DNA of 63,836 bases, filler included, from Gonapodya sp. JEL0774 (Eukaryota): NCBI GenBank assembly GCA_027604505.1. It is 3 parts of 3 records of this genome, joined end to end, with 100 filler letters (N's around TTAATTAATTAA, not from the genome) between each part and the next. Parts side by side here need not be neighbours in the genome. Positions count along the whole stretch, not along the records: positions 1 to 25,683 come from JADIIX010000224.1; 2 more parts are not named here. One strand, given 5' to 3'. The notes below the pieces were generated by a model. It was not told the DNA's origin. It did no database searches and saw only the letters and a list, made by a program, of their open reading frames with translations. Below are positions 1 to 12,205 of this stretch, one piece after another. Position numbers and translations under genes: made by a program. Position 1 is the stretch's first letter; each line of letters opens with the position of its first letter.

Positions 1-630
1 CCCATGTCAATTGATCATCATGGGAGCATGTTCCTTCACTCCCAAGCTATCACATATCACCCTTGACATGTATTGTGCTGATTTTGAGAAGAAAATATAG
101 ATATCAAAATGTAATCTGTATGGAGTCACAAATTCAACGGTTCGCTTAACACCTATCAGGACCCATCACCATTGGCCATCATGGGAGCGTGTACCTTCAC
201 TCCCAAGACATCTCACATAAACATTGACATGTATTTTGTTTGTTTTGAGAATAAAATGGAGATCTCAATATGTAAAATGTGTGGAGTTACAAATTCAAAG
301 GTTCGCCCAACCCATATCACACTCATCGCCATTTGTCATCATGGGTGCATGTTAGGTCTAAACCAAGCTGTCTCACATCAAATTTAACATGTATTTTGTT
401 GGTTTGAGAAGAAAATGGAGATCTCAATATGTGAAATGTGTGCAGTTACAAATTCAAAGGTTCGCCCAACCCATCTCAGCACCATCACCATTGGTCGTCA
501 TTGGAGGGTCTTTCAACACTTATAACACTGCTAGCAACAACATTGATATGTAATGTGTTCGTTTTGTAACGAAAATTGGGACTGTTAAGTGTTTCAAGTA
601 CCGAGTTGCAAATTCAAAGTTTTGTGTCAT
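1..630. repeat. Degenerate tandem repeat, ~160-bp unit, about 4 copies (may continue left of the window)
   Basis: CATCATGGG-like motif at 16, 177, 337 and ~496; AAATTCAA at ~130, 291, 450 and 610. Period is 159-161 bp. Confidence 0.85.
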
Positions 631-2489
631 ATCGCCAGTTTGGACCCAATAAACTGTCTTTTCAAAGGGGTAACTCTACTTCCCCCCTCACAAAAAACAT
701 TCTACCATATATTGGGAGTGTTTAAGGCAGTTTGGAGGGGGTCACAAAAGTGTATCACAGTCACACACCCCTAGTAGGTGTGTTCAAATAGGGGTCGTCG
801 TATTTGGGTACTCTCAAATCTAAGTCAGAAGTGTTTGGTGATCTGAATCTCGAATCTCACACTTCTACTTTGCCACTGTCTCGTTGAGGAGGAAAATGGC
901 TGTCCAGTTCACGCGGGCTAGCGATTAACAGGCCTCAGCTTCTTTTATGCATCAGTGTGCCTAGTTGATTGCCCCATAGGCACATTTGGGTACCTCAGTC
1001 GTGACATGGAGGTCGGTGTCATGTGCCCTGGAGCAAATGCGATGACGATACACCAACAATGAGCAACTTCTTCAAAGGGCGAAATCAATAAAGGAATTGC
1101 ATTAGAATACTCTTCTCAGTCAATTTTTCAATGTTTGTTTCCTGGATGCGTTTGTGGAATGGCCTGTTTGATGATGACTCATGCACCTTCCCACAAGGGC
1201 TGGAATGACACCTCCAAAACCCTCCCAGCCTTATAATTAGTCAATCCCAGCGATTCTGCCGATGCCTACAAAGAATTCCAATCATATCGTCAACGGCGCG
1301 CTAAAAGAGAAGACGTCGGAAAGTAGAGTGCTCGACTAGAGTTCCTCCGCTGCATCGCCGCCACCATCCACTCGTCCCGACATGTCCAGCTTGGAAGACG
1401 CGGCATTTGAAGGAGGAGCACTAGACTTCGTTGCCTGTTTCTGTGAAGGTGAGTAGATCTCAAGTTTCTACGTTGAACGTGGTGTCCCTGTGTTCGTGCC
1501 CTCAAACCTAACCCATCCCAACAAGCCTTCTCAAACATCCAGAACTCACGTAGAGTGCATACGCAGATTGAATAAGCATACGTATGGTAAGCCTTCGTTG
1601 CCCCCAAGAATAATCGTTGATTTCACTCTAGTTTACTGCAAAATTTCATTATCTCTATCTGCTATCAGCCAATTCCAATCTTGAGGCACTATTGGGGTCT
1701 GGAATGTTCTTTAATCAGGCGCTGGTTTGTTTTCTGGTTTGTGAGGTCGCTCGGCGGACGGCAATTGTCTTTACAAAGCAAAGTGAGTGAAGATAAGCAG
1801 TTGCGGATCCCTATTGATGCAGAATACGTAGTTTTCTGCTTTATGAGTTTGACAATGTAGGCTAATGCTTGAATACATGTAAATTACGAGCACATTTGGT
1901 TTTGAATGCAGATGCCAGACTGTGTCCCAATACAAACCCAAACGGATACGTTGCGTTTCCCCTCACTATCAGTATATTTGTCTATCATATTTCAAAAATT
2001 GACCTAGAATATAGAAGTCCGCGGGACATATTTGAGTGGTATTTGGTCGTATTTGGATACCGGGCCCAGTATCCAGATATCTGGATGTTGGTCTAGTGTG
2101 TTTGGCATGTTTGATGTGTTTGAATGTATTTGGATACGACGGGATACAAGGCCCGTTTTGCTGATCATGTTACCCAAACCCACTCCCCCTGCTTTCGGAG
2201 CAGGAGATTTATTGGCTTCATGCGAATGGAGTTTATGTTGCCTAAACTACTCTAGTTACTCCCAATAGTGATATTATAATTGGAAGACTTTGTATCTCGC
2301 GTCTAGTCATCAATTATTCCATGATTCCCCTGTAACTACTCACCTGCACGGCTGCCAGGAGGACCTGCAGCAATTTTAACGGCCAAAAGAATAAAAAAGG
2401 GGTCGACAAAAGTGGACCCCTCATAACCCCTTGAGTCTCTTCTGTGGATTGCGGTGTTTTGGGTTTTCTGTTAGACCGTGATGGGGACG

Positions 2490-2775
2490 AACACGAAACC
2501 TTCGTTTGTGGCTTGGCGAAACCACTTACCGGGTATCACACATGCTGCTTTTTTCAACCAGGGACGACTCGAAGTCCCTGACAGGGCAGGGAGAAAGCCG
2601 AGAACTTTCAGTCTGTTTGCCTGGCATAAATCCTTGTCGGGTACATTTCAAACCAGGGTCGATGGCAACTGTCCCTGACAGGGCAGGAAGAAAACCGATT
2701 ACTTTCAGTCTGTCTGCCTGGCATAAATCTTTATCAGGTACATCTCAAACCAGGGTCGATTGGAACCGTCCCTGA
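2490..2775. repeat. 97-bp tandem repeat (2 good copies plus a degenerate upstream copy) with CAGGG...CCCTG hairpins at unit junctions
   Basis: GTCCCTGA recurs at 2574, 2671 and 2768. The units share ACTTTCAGTCTGT.TGCCTGGCATAAATC and TCAAACCAGGGTCGAT. Confidence 0.85.
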
Positions 2776-3014
2776 GTGGTGGCATGAAACAGATTGATAA
2801 CCAAGCAACATGCGCTCTTCAAGTCGCGTTTTCCTTTGACAGTGGACACTGATACCGTCCACGGGCATTTGATATTGACACTTTCACCGAAGAGCATAGA
2901 TAAGGTCTGTTGAGCTAGCGGCCTCATGATTGTCCATGGTGTTACTGATGGCTCCTCCTCGTCTTCTCCATTGTGTGACATCCGTATCAACTTTAATCGT
3001 TAAACATGTACAGG

Positions 3015-6000
3015 ATGGGTCGTTACACCCTATCAGACTCTCATATTGCCGCTCTTGCACTGCTTTCCTTGTGCTGGCTGTTCCTGGCCTCACTCACATC
3101 GGCCGCACCCTACAGTAAGCTGGCCGTGTCGGCTCCTGCGCAATCTTAATATCCAACCGGCTCCTTTGCCACTCTGTAGGAAATTGCTCACCAGGTTCTT
3201 ATCTGTCAGGAACAAGTTGCGCTCCCTGTAACCCTGGTACATTCTCCACTGGCAATGCGACCTCCTGCACCGCCTGTAACGCGGGCACATACTCCCTCCA
3301 ACGTGCATCTTCCTGCATCAGCTATAGTGCCGGTACATACTCCAACTCAAGTTCGTTTACCTGCACTGCTTGTCCTGTCGGTACATACTCCTTGTTAGGT
3401 GCATCTAGTTGCACGAACTGTTCATACGGCACATACTCCATCAATGGTTTATCCTGCACGAACTGCCCCGCCGGTACCTCTTCTTCGTCCGGCGCGTCTA
3501 GTTGCACGAACTGCACCTCCGGCACGTACTCTGTCAGCGGTTTGGCCTGCACAAACTGCCCCGCCGGCACCTCCTCCTTATCCGGCGCGTCAACCTGCAC
3601 CACTTGCGCTGCCGGCACCTTCTCCTCGTCTGGTGCGCCAAATTGCATGGCCTGTCCTACGGGCACCTTCTCCTCCTCGAATGCGGCCACCTGCGACAAC
3701 TGTACCGCAGGCACGTACTCGTCCTCCAGTGCGTCTACCTGCACCACTTGTCCAGCGGGCAGCTACTCTCTGCCCGGTGCATCTAGTTGCACGAATTGTA
3801 CGGCAGGCACGTACTCTGGTACCGGTTTATCCTGCTCAACCTGCCCAGCCGGCACTTTCTCCTTATCCGGCGCGTCGACCTGCACCACTTGCGCTGCCGG
3901 CACTTTCTCCTCGTCCGGTGCGCCAAATTGCATGGCCTGTCCTACCGGCACCTTCTCCTCCTCGAATGCGGCCACCTGCGAGAACTGCACTGCAGGCACG
4001 TACTCGTCCTCCAGTGCGTCTACCTGCACCACTTGTCCAGCGGGCAGCTACTCTCTGCCCGGTGCATCTAGTTGCACGAATTGTACGGCAGGCACGTACT
4101 CTGGTACCGGTTTGTCCTGCTCAACCTGCCCAGCCGGCACTTTCTCCTTGTCTGGTGCTTCTACATGCACGAATTGCACTGCGGGTAGCTCCTCCTTTTC
4201 CGGCGCGTGGGCTTGCACAACTTGTCCCGCTGGCGCACGCTCCATCAGTGGCTTGTCCTGCACGACCTGCGAAGCAGGAACATACTCTTACTCAGATTCG
4301 TCCAGCTGTATTAGTTGCCCCGCTGGTTCATATTCTCCCGGCAATGCGTCCTCCTGCACTCCTTGTCCTGGCGGCACATACCCAAACCGCTATGCCTCCT
4401 CTTGCAATACCTGCCCTGCCGGTAGTTACTCCCCCGGAAATCTATCCGTATGTGAGATGTGCGGGATCGGAACCTATTCAAACAGCAATGCATCCTCCTG
4501 CACCGCCTGCGCCGCTGGCACATATTCCTACCTGTCTCATTCTCAAATTTGCCCCAAATGCAATACTACCACCACTTCCTCTGGTGTGTCCCTCTGCACG
4601 TGTCCCATTTCATCTTGGTTCCCATCCGGCTCCTGCGCCTGCCGCGGGGGCTATTTCGAATTCATCATTTCTCAATCGAATTCGTCTTTCTGCTTTGGAT
4701 GCGAGGAAGGATTTTACTCTCTCCCCGGTGCAAAAACTTGTAGCCCGTGCTACCCCGGCACCTACTCTGACTCGTTCGCGGCCTCTTGTACGATCTGCCC
4801 CGCAGGCAAATATTCTGGTTCATTCGGGTCAATTACATGCTCGTCATGTGCCCCCGGTACATACTCCACCGAAAATGCATCCTCGTGTAGGACCTGTGCC
4901 GCCGGCACATATTCCGGCAGTAGCGCATCCTCCTGCACAACTTGCCCCGCCGGCACATACTCCGGCAGTAAAGCAACCTCCTGCACTACCTGCGCCGCCG
5001 GCACGTACTCCAGCAGTAGTGCATCCTCCTGTACGAACTGCGCCGCCGGCACGTACTCCAGCAGCGGTGCATCCTCGTGCGCAACCTGCGCTGCTGGTAC
5101 ATACTCCGATAGAAGTTCGTCTTCCTGCACTCGTTGCCCTCCGGGCACCTCATCACCCTCGGGTGCTTCCTCCTGTACCGCATGTATCGCTGGAACGTTC
5201 TCTACAGACGGTTCATCCTGTGGTACTTGCCCCGCGGGCACGTACTCCAGCAGTAGTGCGTCCTCCTGCATTACCTGCACTGCCGGCACGTACTCCACCA
5301 GTGACGCATCCTCCTGTGCGACCTGCGTCCCTGGCACGTACTCCATCAGTAATGCATCCTCATGCACAGCCTGCGCCGCCGGAACGTACTCCAACACTAG
5401 CGCAGCACCCTCGTGCACACCCTGCGTCGCTGGTACATACTCCGAAGGAAATTCGTCTTCCTGCACTCGTTGCCCTCTGGGCACCTCATCAACGTCTAGT
5501 GCATCTTCTTGTACCGCCTGTATCGCTGGGACGTTCTCGATAGACGGTTCATCCTGTACCACTTGTCCCGCTGGCACGTACTCCAACAGCAGTGCGTCTG
5601 CCTGCAATTCCTGTGCTCCTGGCACCTCATCACCCTTGGGTTCGTCCTACTGTACCACTTGCATCGCTGGCACGTTCTCTACAGACGGTGCATACTGCGA
5701 ACTTTGTCCCGCAGGCACGTACTCAACCAGCGGTGCGTCCTTCTGCATGACCTGCGCCGCTGGCACGTACTCCGTCAGGGGATCATCCTCTTGCACTCAT
5801 TGCCCTCCTGGCACCTCATCCCCCTTGGGTTCATCCTCCTGTACCACTTGCGTCGCTGGCACATTCTCTACAGACGGTTTATTCTGTACCAACTGTCCCG
5901 CTGGCACATATTCTAACACCAGTGCGTCCTCCTGCATAGCCTGCGCCGCGGGTACATATTCCGATAGCACTTCATCTTCTTGTACTTCTTGTCTCCCGGG

Positions 6001-6595
6001 CACCTCATCGCCGTTGGGTGCGTCCTCCTGTAGCACCTGCGTCGCTGGCACGTTCTCTGCGGACGGCTCAATCTGTGCCGCTTGTCCCGCTGGCACGTAC
6101 TCCAACAGCAATGCGTCCTCCTGCGCGTCTTGCCTTCCGGGCACCTCATCACCCTTGGGTTCGTCCTCTTGTACAGCCTGTGTCGGTGGCACCTCTTCCA
6201 TCGACGGTTCATCCTGCACAACTTGCGTTGCTGGCACGTACTCCACCGGTAGTGCATCTTCATGCAACAACTGTACCGCTGGCACATACTCTAATAGCAG
6301 TTCATCTTCCTGCACTCCTTGCCCTCCTGGCACCTCATCACCCTTGGGTGCCGCAGCATGCCAGCCCTGCGCCGCTAGCACGTTTTCCATCGATGGCTCC
6401 CCCTGTGCTGCTTGCCCTCCTGGCACCTCATCACCGTCGGGTGCGTCATCTTGTTTGCTAGTCATATCATCAAGCACGACCACAGAGAGTACAAAGACAA
6501 CGAGCACGACCACAGAGAGCACGTGGAGGACGACTGAAACATCAAGTACATCCACAGAAAGTCTAACGACAACATCGAGTACTGGCGAAAATTAG
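3015..6595 (+). CDS. Secreted cysteine-rich repeat protein (furin-like / ephrin-receptor-like CxxCPAGTYS repeats) with Ser/Thr-rich tail, ~1170 aa
   Basis: ATG 3015 gives a signal-peptide-like MGRYTLSDSHIAALALLSLCWLFLASLTSAAP. A GT-AG intron at 3115-3179 joins it in frame to the 3392..6595 ORF, which has dozens of C-x2-C-x-AGT[YF]S units. No TM helix before the stop. Confidence 0.85.
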
Positions 6596-6764
6596 AGAAA
6601 CAGATAGATTGTTACTGTACTACAGAGAAAACCACCACTTCTAGACTGACAATGTTACATCCATAAAAGGGAAGATAAAAAGTGAAGCCAATCTCCTAGA
6701 ATAACCTCGACATTGAGATGAAACAGTTTATTTTTCTAGATCTCGATTGTGATCGTCTAATGTC

Positions 6765-7100
6765 CCAGCCACACCGCAACACTGCAACACCACAACAACT
6801 ACATCGCTGAGCATACCGCCACAAAATTTGTGAAACGGGAGAAAGTCCAGGAAACATACAACATATCACGAAGTCTGGAGTTGCTGTAACCAAAGCGTTG
6901 GCAGAAAAAGTATTACCGTGGAAGGATACAGCACCTCTAGTGCAGGCGTGCAGCCATAAAAATATTGTGTTCTGCCTGTCCAAACTGGCCGCAACACTGC
7001 AACGCCACGAGAAAATCCCTTGCAGAGCGCACCCAGGTCTTTTCAAAGAGGTTGTTGTTGCGGTGTCACGGTGTGATGGTGTTGAGGTGTTGCAGCGACA
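6765..7100. repeat. Imperfect inverted arrays of ACACYGCA-type octamers, possibly a MITE relic
   Basis: CACACCGCAACACTGCAACACCACAACAAC at ~6770-6800 is mirrored by GTTGTTGTTGCGGTGT...GGTGTTGAGGTGTTGCAG at ~7051-7096. No TSD identified. Confidence 0.35.
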
Positions 7101-8912
7101 GTCGTCACTGACAACTGTTCAATTGAGATTCTCTTACCAAATTAAATTCCGAACTTTTGTGACCCCATCGTGACTCTCGTTTTAAGTCAGATCAACTTGT
7201 GACCTCAATCCTGATTATCCTTTCAAATCAACGTCGAGTATACCATGATTGAACGGCCACACCAAAACGCGAGTACTTTCATTTTCAAAATCACACTTTT
7301 CTTTTCAAAAGCACGTAATTTTGTAAGAAAAGTAAACTGTGGAAAACTAAATGTCAAAAGTACAAAAAAATCGTTTTCTCTTCTTCAGGGTCCTTGGTAA
7401 CCCATGACCGAACGGCCACCCATCTTTTGACTTTATTTCGTGTTCCAGTTCGTTCATTTCATTTTCAAAAATGTCTTTTTTTTTTTGAGGGAAAGGCGTT
7501 ACATAACAGCTTGTACCTATTATTTGTTAACTTCGCTTATCCCTATTTGTTAACTGCTACAGCGTCCGCCGTTCATCCGCGGGGGGCGCCTGACCTGGTT
7601 CCCCGCGACTGCCAACACTCTGGCCAGGTGAGAAGGGCGCGAGAGGGACGCTATCTTTTCTATTTCGCGACTGTATTTGCTCATATTACATCACTCAAAT
7701 CAGTGAGGAGTGTCAAGTTAACATCATCCGGGATAAGGTGATGTGCCTTCAACACCAGCCAGCAGCCGAAAAGTATCCACTTGAGGAGGCTAGCAGGACT
7801 CTGCTTCATATAGTCGGTCAATACCCTGGCGGTACATTAATATTTATTGGTGTACGCTGGTGGCCTCGAATGGTGGATGCTGGCATGCTGGTTGGGGAAT
7901 CAGAGGGTCGCACCGGGAGCCCGAGGATGCTGAATCTATCTGGATATCTATTCCTTTCTATTCTAGTTCGTATATTTATTGTTTTCCTTGCTGGTACAGT
8001 TCTTCTGGACTGCCATTAGTGTGGCCATGTGGACTGACTGTCACTGGATCATGGTCACAAGTGGTTGCCTTCCTCTTTGCTGTCTTCAGTGAAATCGGGG
8101 GATAAATCAGGGGATGAAAGGAAGAAAATAAATGGTTGCCGTTCGGGGATTTTGCTCTTTTGCAAGGAATTTCAGGACCTGCATTTCGGTCTTTCAGACT
8201 CTCTTAACGCTTTCTTCACCCTCTCTTCACCCTCTCTTCATCCTCCCCTATTTAAAGCCACTCTTTATTCTTCCAATGCCCTTGGTCATTGAAACTTATC
8301 TCTTCTATTCATAGGCACTAACATTTGCCCCCTTCCCACAGCATAACCAATCAGTATTTTATGATGGGTTTAGTTTGCAAGCTGGGGTACACAAGGTCCA
8401 GCGGTAAGCCAGTCAGGTCATTGAAGACTGGCATCATGCAGTCACAAGTGCCAAATTCATTGGTAACAATACGTGAGCAGGTAAGTAGTAGGAATGGCGG
8501 GGGCTGTAATGGTCATCTGGTACTGGATGCCGAGAAGGACAAGTACTAGGGACCACAGTCTCAGCTCATTCACTGACGGGGTGTGTTGTAAGCTATAGCC
8601 GGGAAGATTGAGGGTGGAATACTGAATGGCAAGAAGCGGTGCAGAAATAGGTCCAACTGCCGAGCGCTCCTCATGATCCAGACCTTTATATGTGAATCAC
8701 CACCTGCACCGAACCATTTTCAATTCTGGACTTCGCATCGCATCAATCTTCCTCTCGGCATATTCCAAGCGATGATGGCTTGCACTTCGGTGTACAGAAG
8801 ATTACATAACAGTGATCCTCTTATTCATCCCTGGAATCTAGACTTGGCCAAGATACTCAACCTCGAGACTCCGTTACACCCGTGAGCCATCATTTCTCTC
8901 TAGTCTGAGTTC

Positions 8913-11209
8913 TCACACCTTATCATTCCTTCCACTCTCCTTCACCCGCTCCGGCAACTCCACTTTGTTCAAGACCTCCAGACCGCTCACAAACCGCTCG
9001 GCATTCCCGACTATTAAATCTGCAGTGCGCGCAAAGTACTTGTCATTTGACCATGCCATGTGTGGTGTGAGGAGGATCTTGTCGGGATGGTATGAAAACA
9101 GTTTGTGCGTTGCGGGGATCGGCTCTTGTCGGTGCACGTCAAGGACTGAAATATAATCAAGTTTGGCAGTGCAAGGGTGTTCAGGTAATGGCGAATTCGG
9201 CGTTTGAAGTAGCGGGAAATGAAACATGCATGGAAGGACGACGAAATTCATATGGAACGACTCTCCCTAACCCACGTAAACTCAAACTCACCGGCACCAC
9301 CAACCCACCCGGCGTCCACGGCCTCCATCAGCGCGTCTTCGTCGATCAAGGATCCACGCGCGATGTTAATGATGTGGACGCCTTGATCGGAGTTCCATGT
9401 AAAACAACGAGGAAATTTGTTGGCGAATCGGAGTACCCCCACGATATAGGAAGAGGCCAAACGAATATATTACGCAGAAAACAGCGAAAATCAATTACTA
9501 CTTTCACGTGCGAATGTCTCAATCTCTCGACAATGCCGAACTAACCTTTCTTCAACCTCAAAATAACATCCTTACCGACCACATTCTCTGTCTCTTTGCC
9601 GCCTGGTGCCGCTATGACCAAAAAATCCACCCGTGAGAGAACCGCCGGGTCGGTCCTTTCATACGGGAATGGAAGAAAACGATAAAGATGGTAAGAACAA
9701 ACGAGGTCATAAGGGACAACAAACTTATAAATGCACCATTCCCCGGCTCCATACACCTCGTCCCAGTTGGGTACTGTCTCCCTGCGCGCCACGGGACGCC
9801 GTCGCGCTCCAAGAACCGTGACGGAGAAGGCTTGCAGTCGTTTGGCGACTTGAATAGATGTGGAGCAAAAAAATATGGACAGTTACAAAATGTCTTCGCT
9901 GTCGAAGACGGTGGTTGGCTCTCACTACTCACTCTCACTTCCGATGCTGCCCATGCCCAGTACGAGGACGACCTTTCCGGCGAGTTCCCCACTCGGACGG
10001 GATTTGCCCTTGGTCCAAAAGATGCCAGGGTCAGTGTTGGAGAGGTGGTGCGGAAGGTGTTTCACGCGGCTGAGGAGATGGAGGAGGACGAACTGGGTGG
10101 GACATTGTGAGATGGTGAAGTGTGTGGTTACAAGAGAGAACAGACACTGGGGCATTCAGGCATTCAATCACATCTTCCTTTCCGTTACACTTCGAGTTGT
10201 GCACGCAGATTGCCTTGCAAGTCACCGGGACAGACCCAACGCGCTTCTGCTCCTCCACTCGTCGCACGAGAGACAATTCGGGTTTTCGGCAGTTCCGCTT
10301 CGTGGATTCCTTGAGCTCCCCCCAACCACCACCCCCCCCTCCCACCCCCCCCCCTCCCGTCCCCCCGCCGTCGCCATGTGTCGCGTTCACACTCACCTCG
10401 GCGATAGCGATAGACGTGAGGCCCGCAGAGTTGGTGCACACGATGTTAGGACGGTACATTTCGTCGCATCTTGAAGGTGTAGGGTCGGCAGAACAAATCG
10501 GAAATCGGGGTCGAAGGAAATAAGTGAATAATGCGACAAAGGAAGGGTTCGAGTGCGATAAAGAGATTGGAGACAGACGTACATGGTGTGTTCGAAACCG
10601 ACCTTGAGAGAAGGGCAAACGGAAGTCGATCAGTGAACTTCGAGAGTGAATTTTGGGGACAGGGCAATCATGCCCGGAAGCCGTACTTGCAAGCAACCTT
10701 TTCATTTGAGCGGTGAGCACGTTGATCATCATCGGCGACCAAGAGGTGAGAGTGTACGGTTGGGGCCGCCTTAAGATTCGACCAGTAGACCCGCTCGTGC
10801 GCTCGTGAGGCCTCTCCAATTCTTACAACCACTCTAGTAACACGTTGAGGATGAATCACCTCCGAGTGATCTGCTCCTTTGGCTCTCGTTCCCTCTTCAT
10901 CCCGTCACTCACCTGGGGACAATGGACCAATCCGACGTTTTTGTTCCTCAGCAAGACGTTCTGGCACGTATCATGATGCATTGTCTCGATCCAACACGTG
11001 ACAAAGACACGAGCCTGGTCAAAGAGGGATTCCTGTGCGGGATCGACACAGGCACCGGTATGTGATTCGACAGGGATCAAGGTGACTTTTTCTTTGGGAA
11101 TGAGGCCCATGTCGATGTGGAGTACGCGGTAGAGGCGGTCGTGGATGATGATGGGGATTGGGTAGGAGATGGGAGCGGGGACAGACCGGGAGTCGGAAGA
11201 GGAAGACAT
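8913..11209 (-). CDS. D-isomer-specific 2-hydroxyacid dehydrogenase (NAD-binding), multi-exon
   Basis: Exon-borne motifs: ELAGKVVLVLGMGSIGSE (GxGxxG), DFLVIAAPGGKET, IINIARGSLIDEDALMEAV, LDVHRQEP and LLTPHMAW (catalytic R/E/H), plus an N-terminal TNSAG motif. Start ATG at 11209 is inferred. Confidence 0.9.
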
Positions 11210-12205
11210 GGAGGCCGCTGGGACGAAAGGGATAGGAGGGCGCGCGGGGGAGGAAAACGGATTGGATTGAAGGGTTGAGAGATTGCTGTTGTGGATTCGG
11301 TGTGCTGGCGGTTTGAGAAGTGGAGGAGGGCCGCGGAATCGCCCTTGTCCACCGATTACACGATCACGGAAGCAAACGGTTTCCAAAGAGACCGATAGAG
11401 AGGCAGACACAGAACCAGAAAATGAGAAACTAAATTTAGCACCGAAAAGTCTGTGGAACGCCAGCCGTGATGCTCGTGGGAGGGTCTGATGGTGGTATTT
11501 TTTGGATTGTGACGACAGAATACATTTGTACACCGGGCCGTCATCAGTCAGACCACTGTTTCAACCTCGCACAGCAACTCCTTGTTACTTTATTGATTCA
11601 TTCTGTTCATCCGTAAATAAATTTGACTGTTGGAACTCTGCTTGCCCCATCATCTTGTCAAGACGCGATTGCTGTCATATATGGGATTACTATGCGACAT
11701 ATGGTGTGATCGTTTTATGTACCGTCGCGACTGGACCCACGAGGACACATTCTGTCTCTGTGCGGTGGGGCCTCAAGTCCACCGTTCTATCTGAGCACGC
11801 TAGTACTGTGTTCCAGATCTACTTTGGAGTTGAGACCCCCAACGATGAGATCATCTCGGGGAGTGATTTGGAGCGGCGGATAAGGAACTCGTAATCTTCG
11901 TCACAGAGAATGGTGACGAGAGTCAACACCAAGGCCCTCCGCGTTCAAACTGTTTGCAACTACCCATCGAACCTCTTTGATACCTGTTAATATGAGAATT
12001 AAGTCGCGAAGAACGACAATCGATTCGAATCAATTCGGTATCGGCTTCACTGAACTGTGGCCCCGAGCTTGAGTGGAATGCAAGCCGCACTCGCCAGCCG
12101 CACTGCATTACAGAGATATTTAAGACTTCATTCTCCCATCAAATTCGATTCGTCCCTTGTCTTTTCCAACTTCTCACCCCCGTACCCATCAGTACCGGAA
12201 CGCAA

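Noticed and set aside
880..1700. Possible DDE transposase remnant (SSHLLQ-like string on the - strand)
   Set aside because: Only a short motif among many stops, with no supporting catalytic motifs.
2574..2775. 97-bp repeats as a CRISPR array or hammerhead ribozymes
   Set aside because: The whole unit repeats with no unique spacers, there are no cas genes, and there is no conserved CUGANGA/GAAA core.
3322..6555. Long antisense and alternate-frame ORFs (EYVPAGQ repeats, Pro/Arg-rich 714 aa)
   Set aside because: These are shadows of the repetitive Cys-rich coding strand.
7740..8880. Scattered short ORFs or a decayed coding relic
   Set aside because: Stop-riddled in all frames with no recognisable family.
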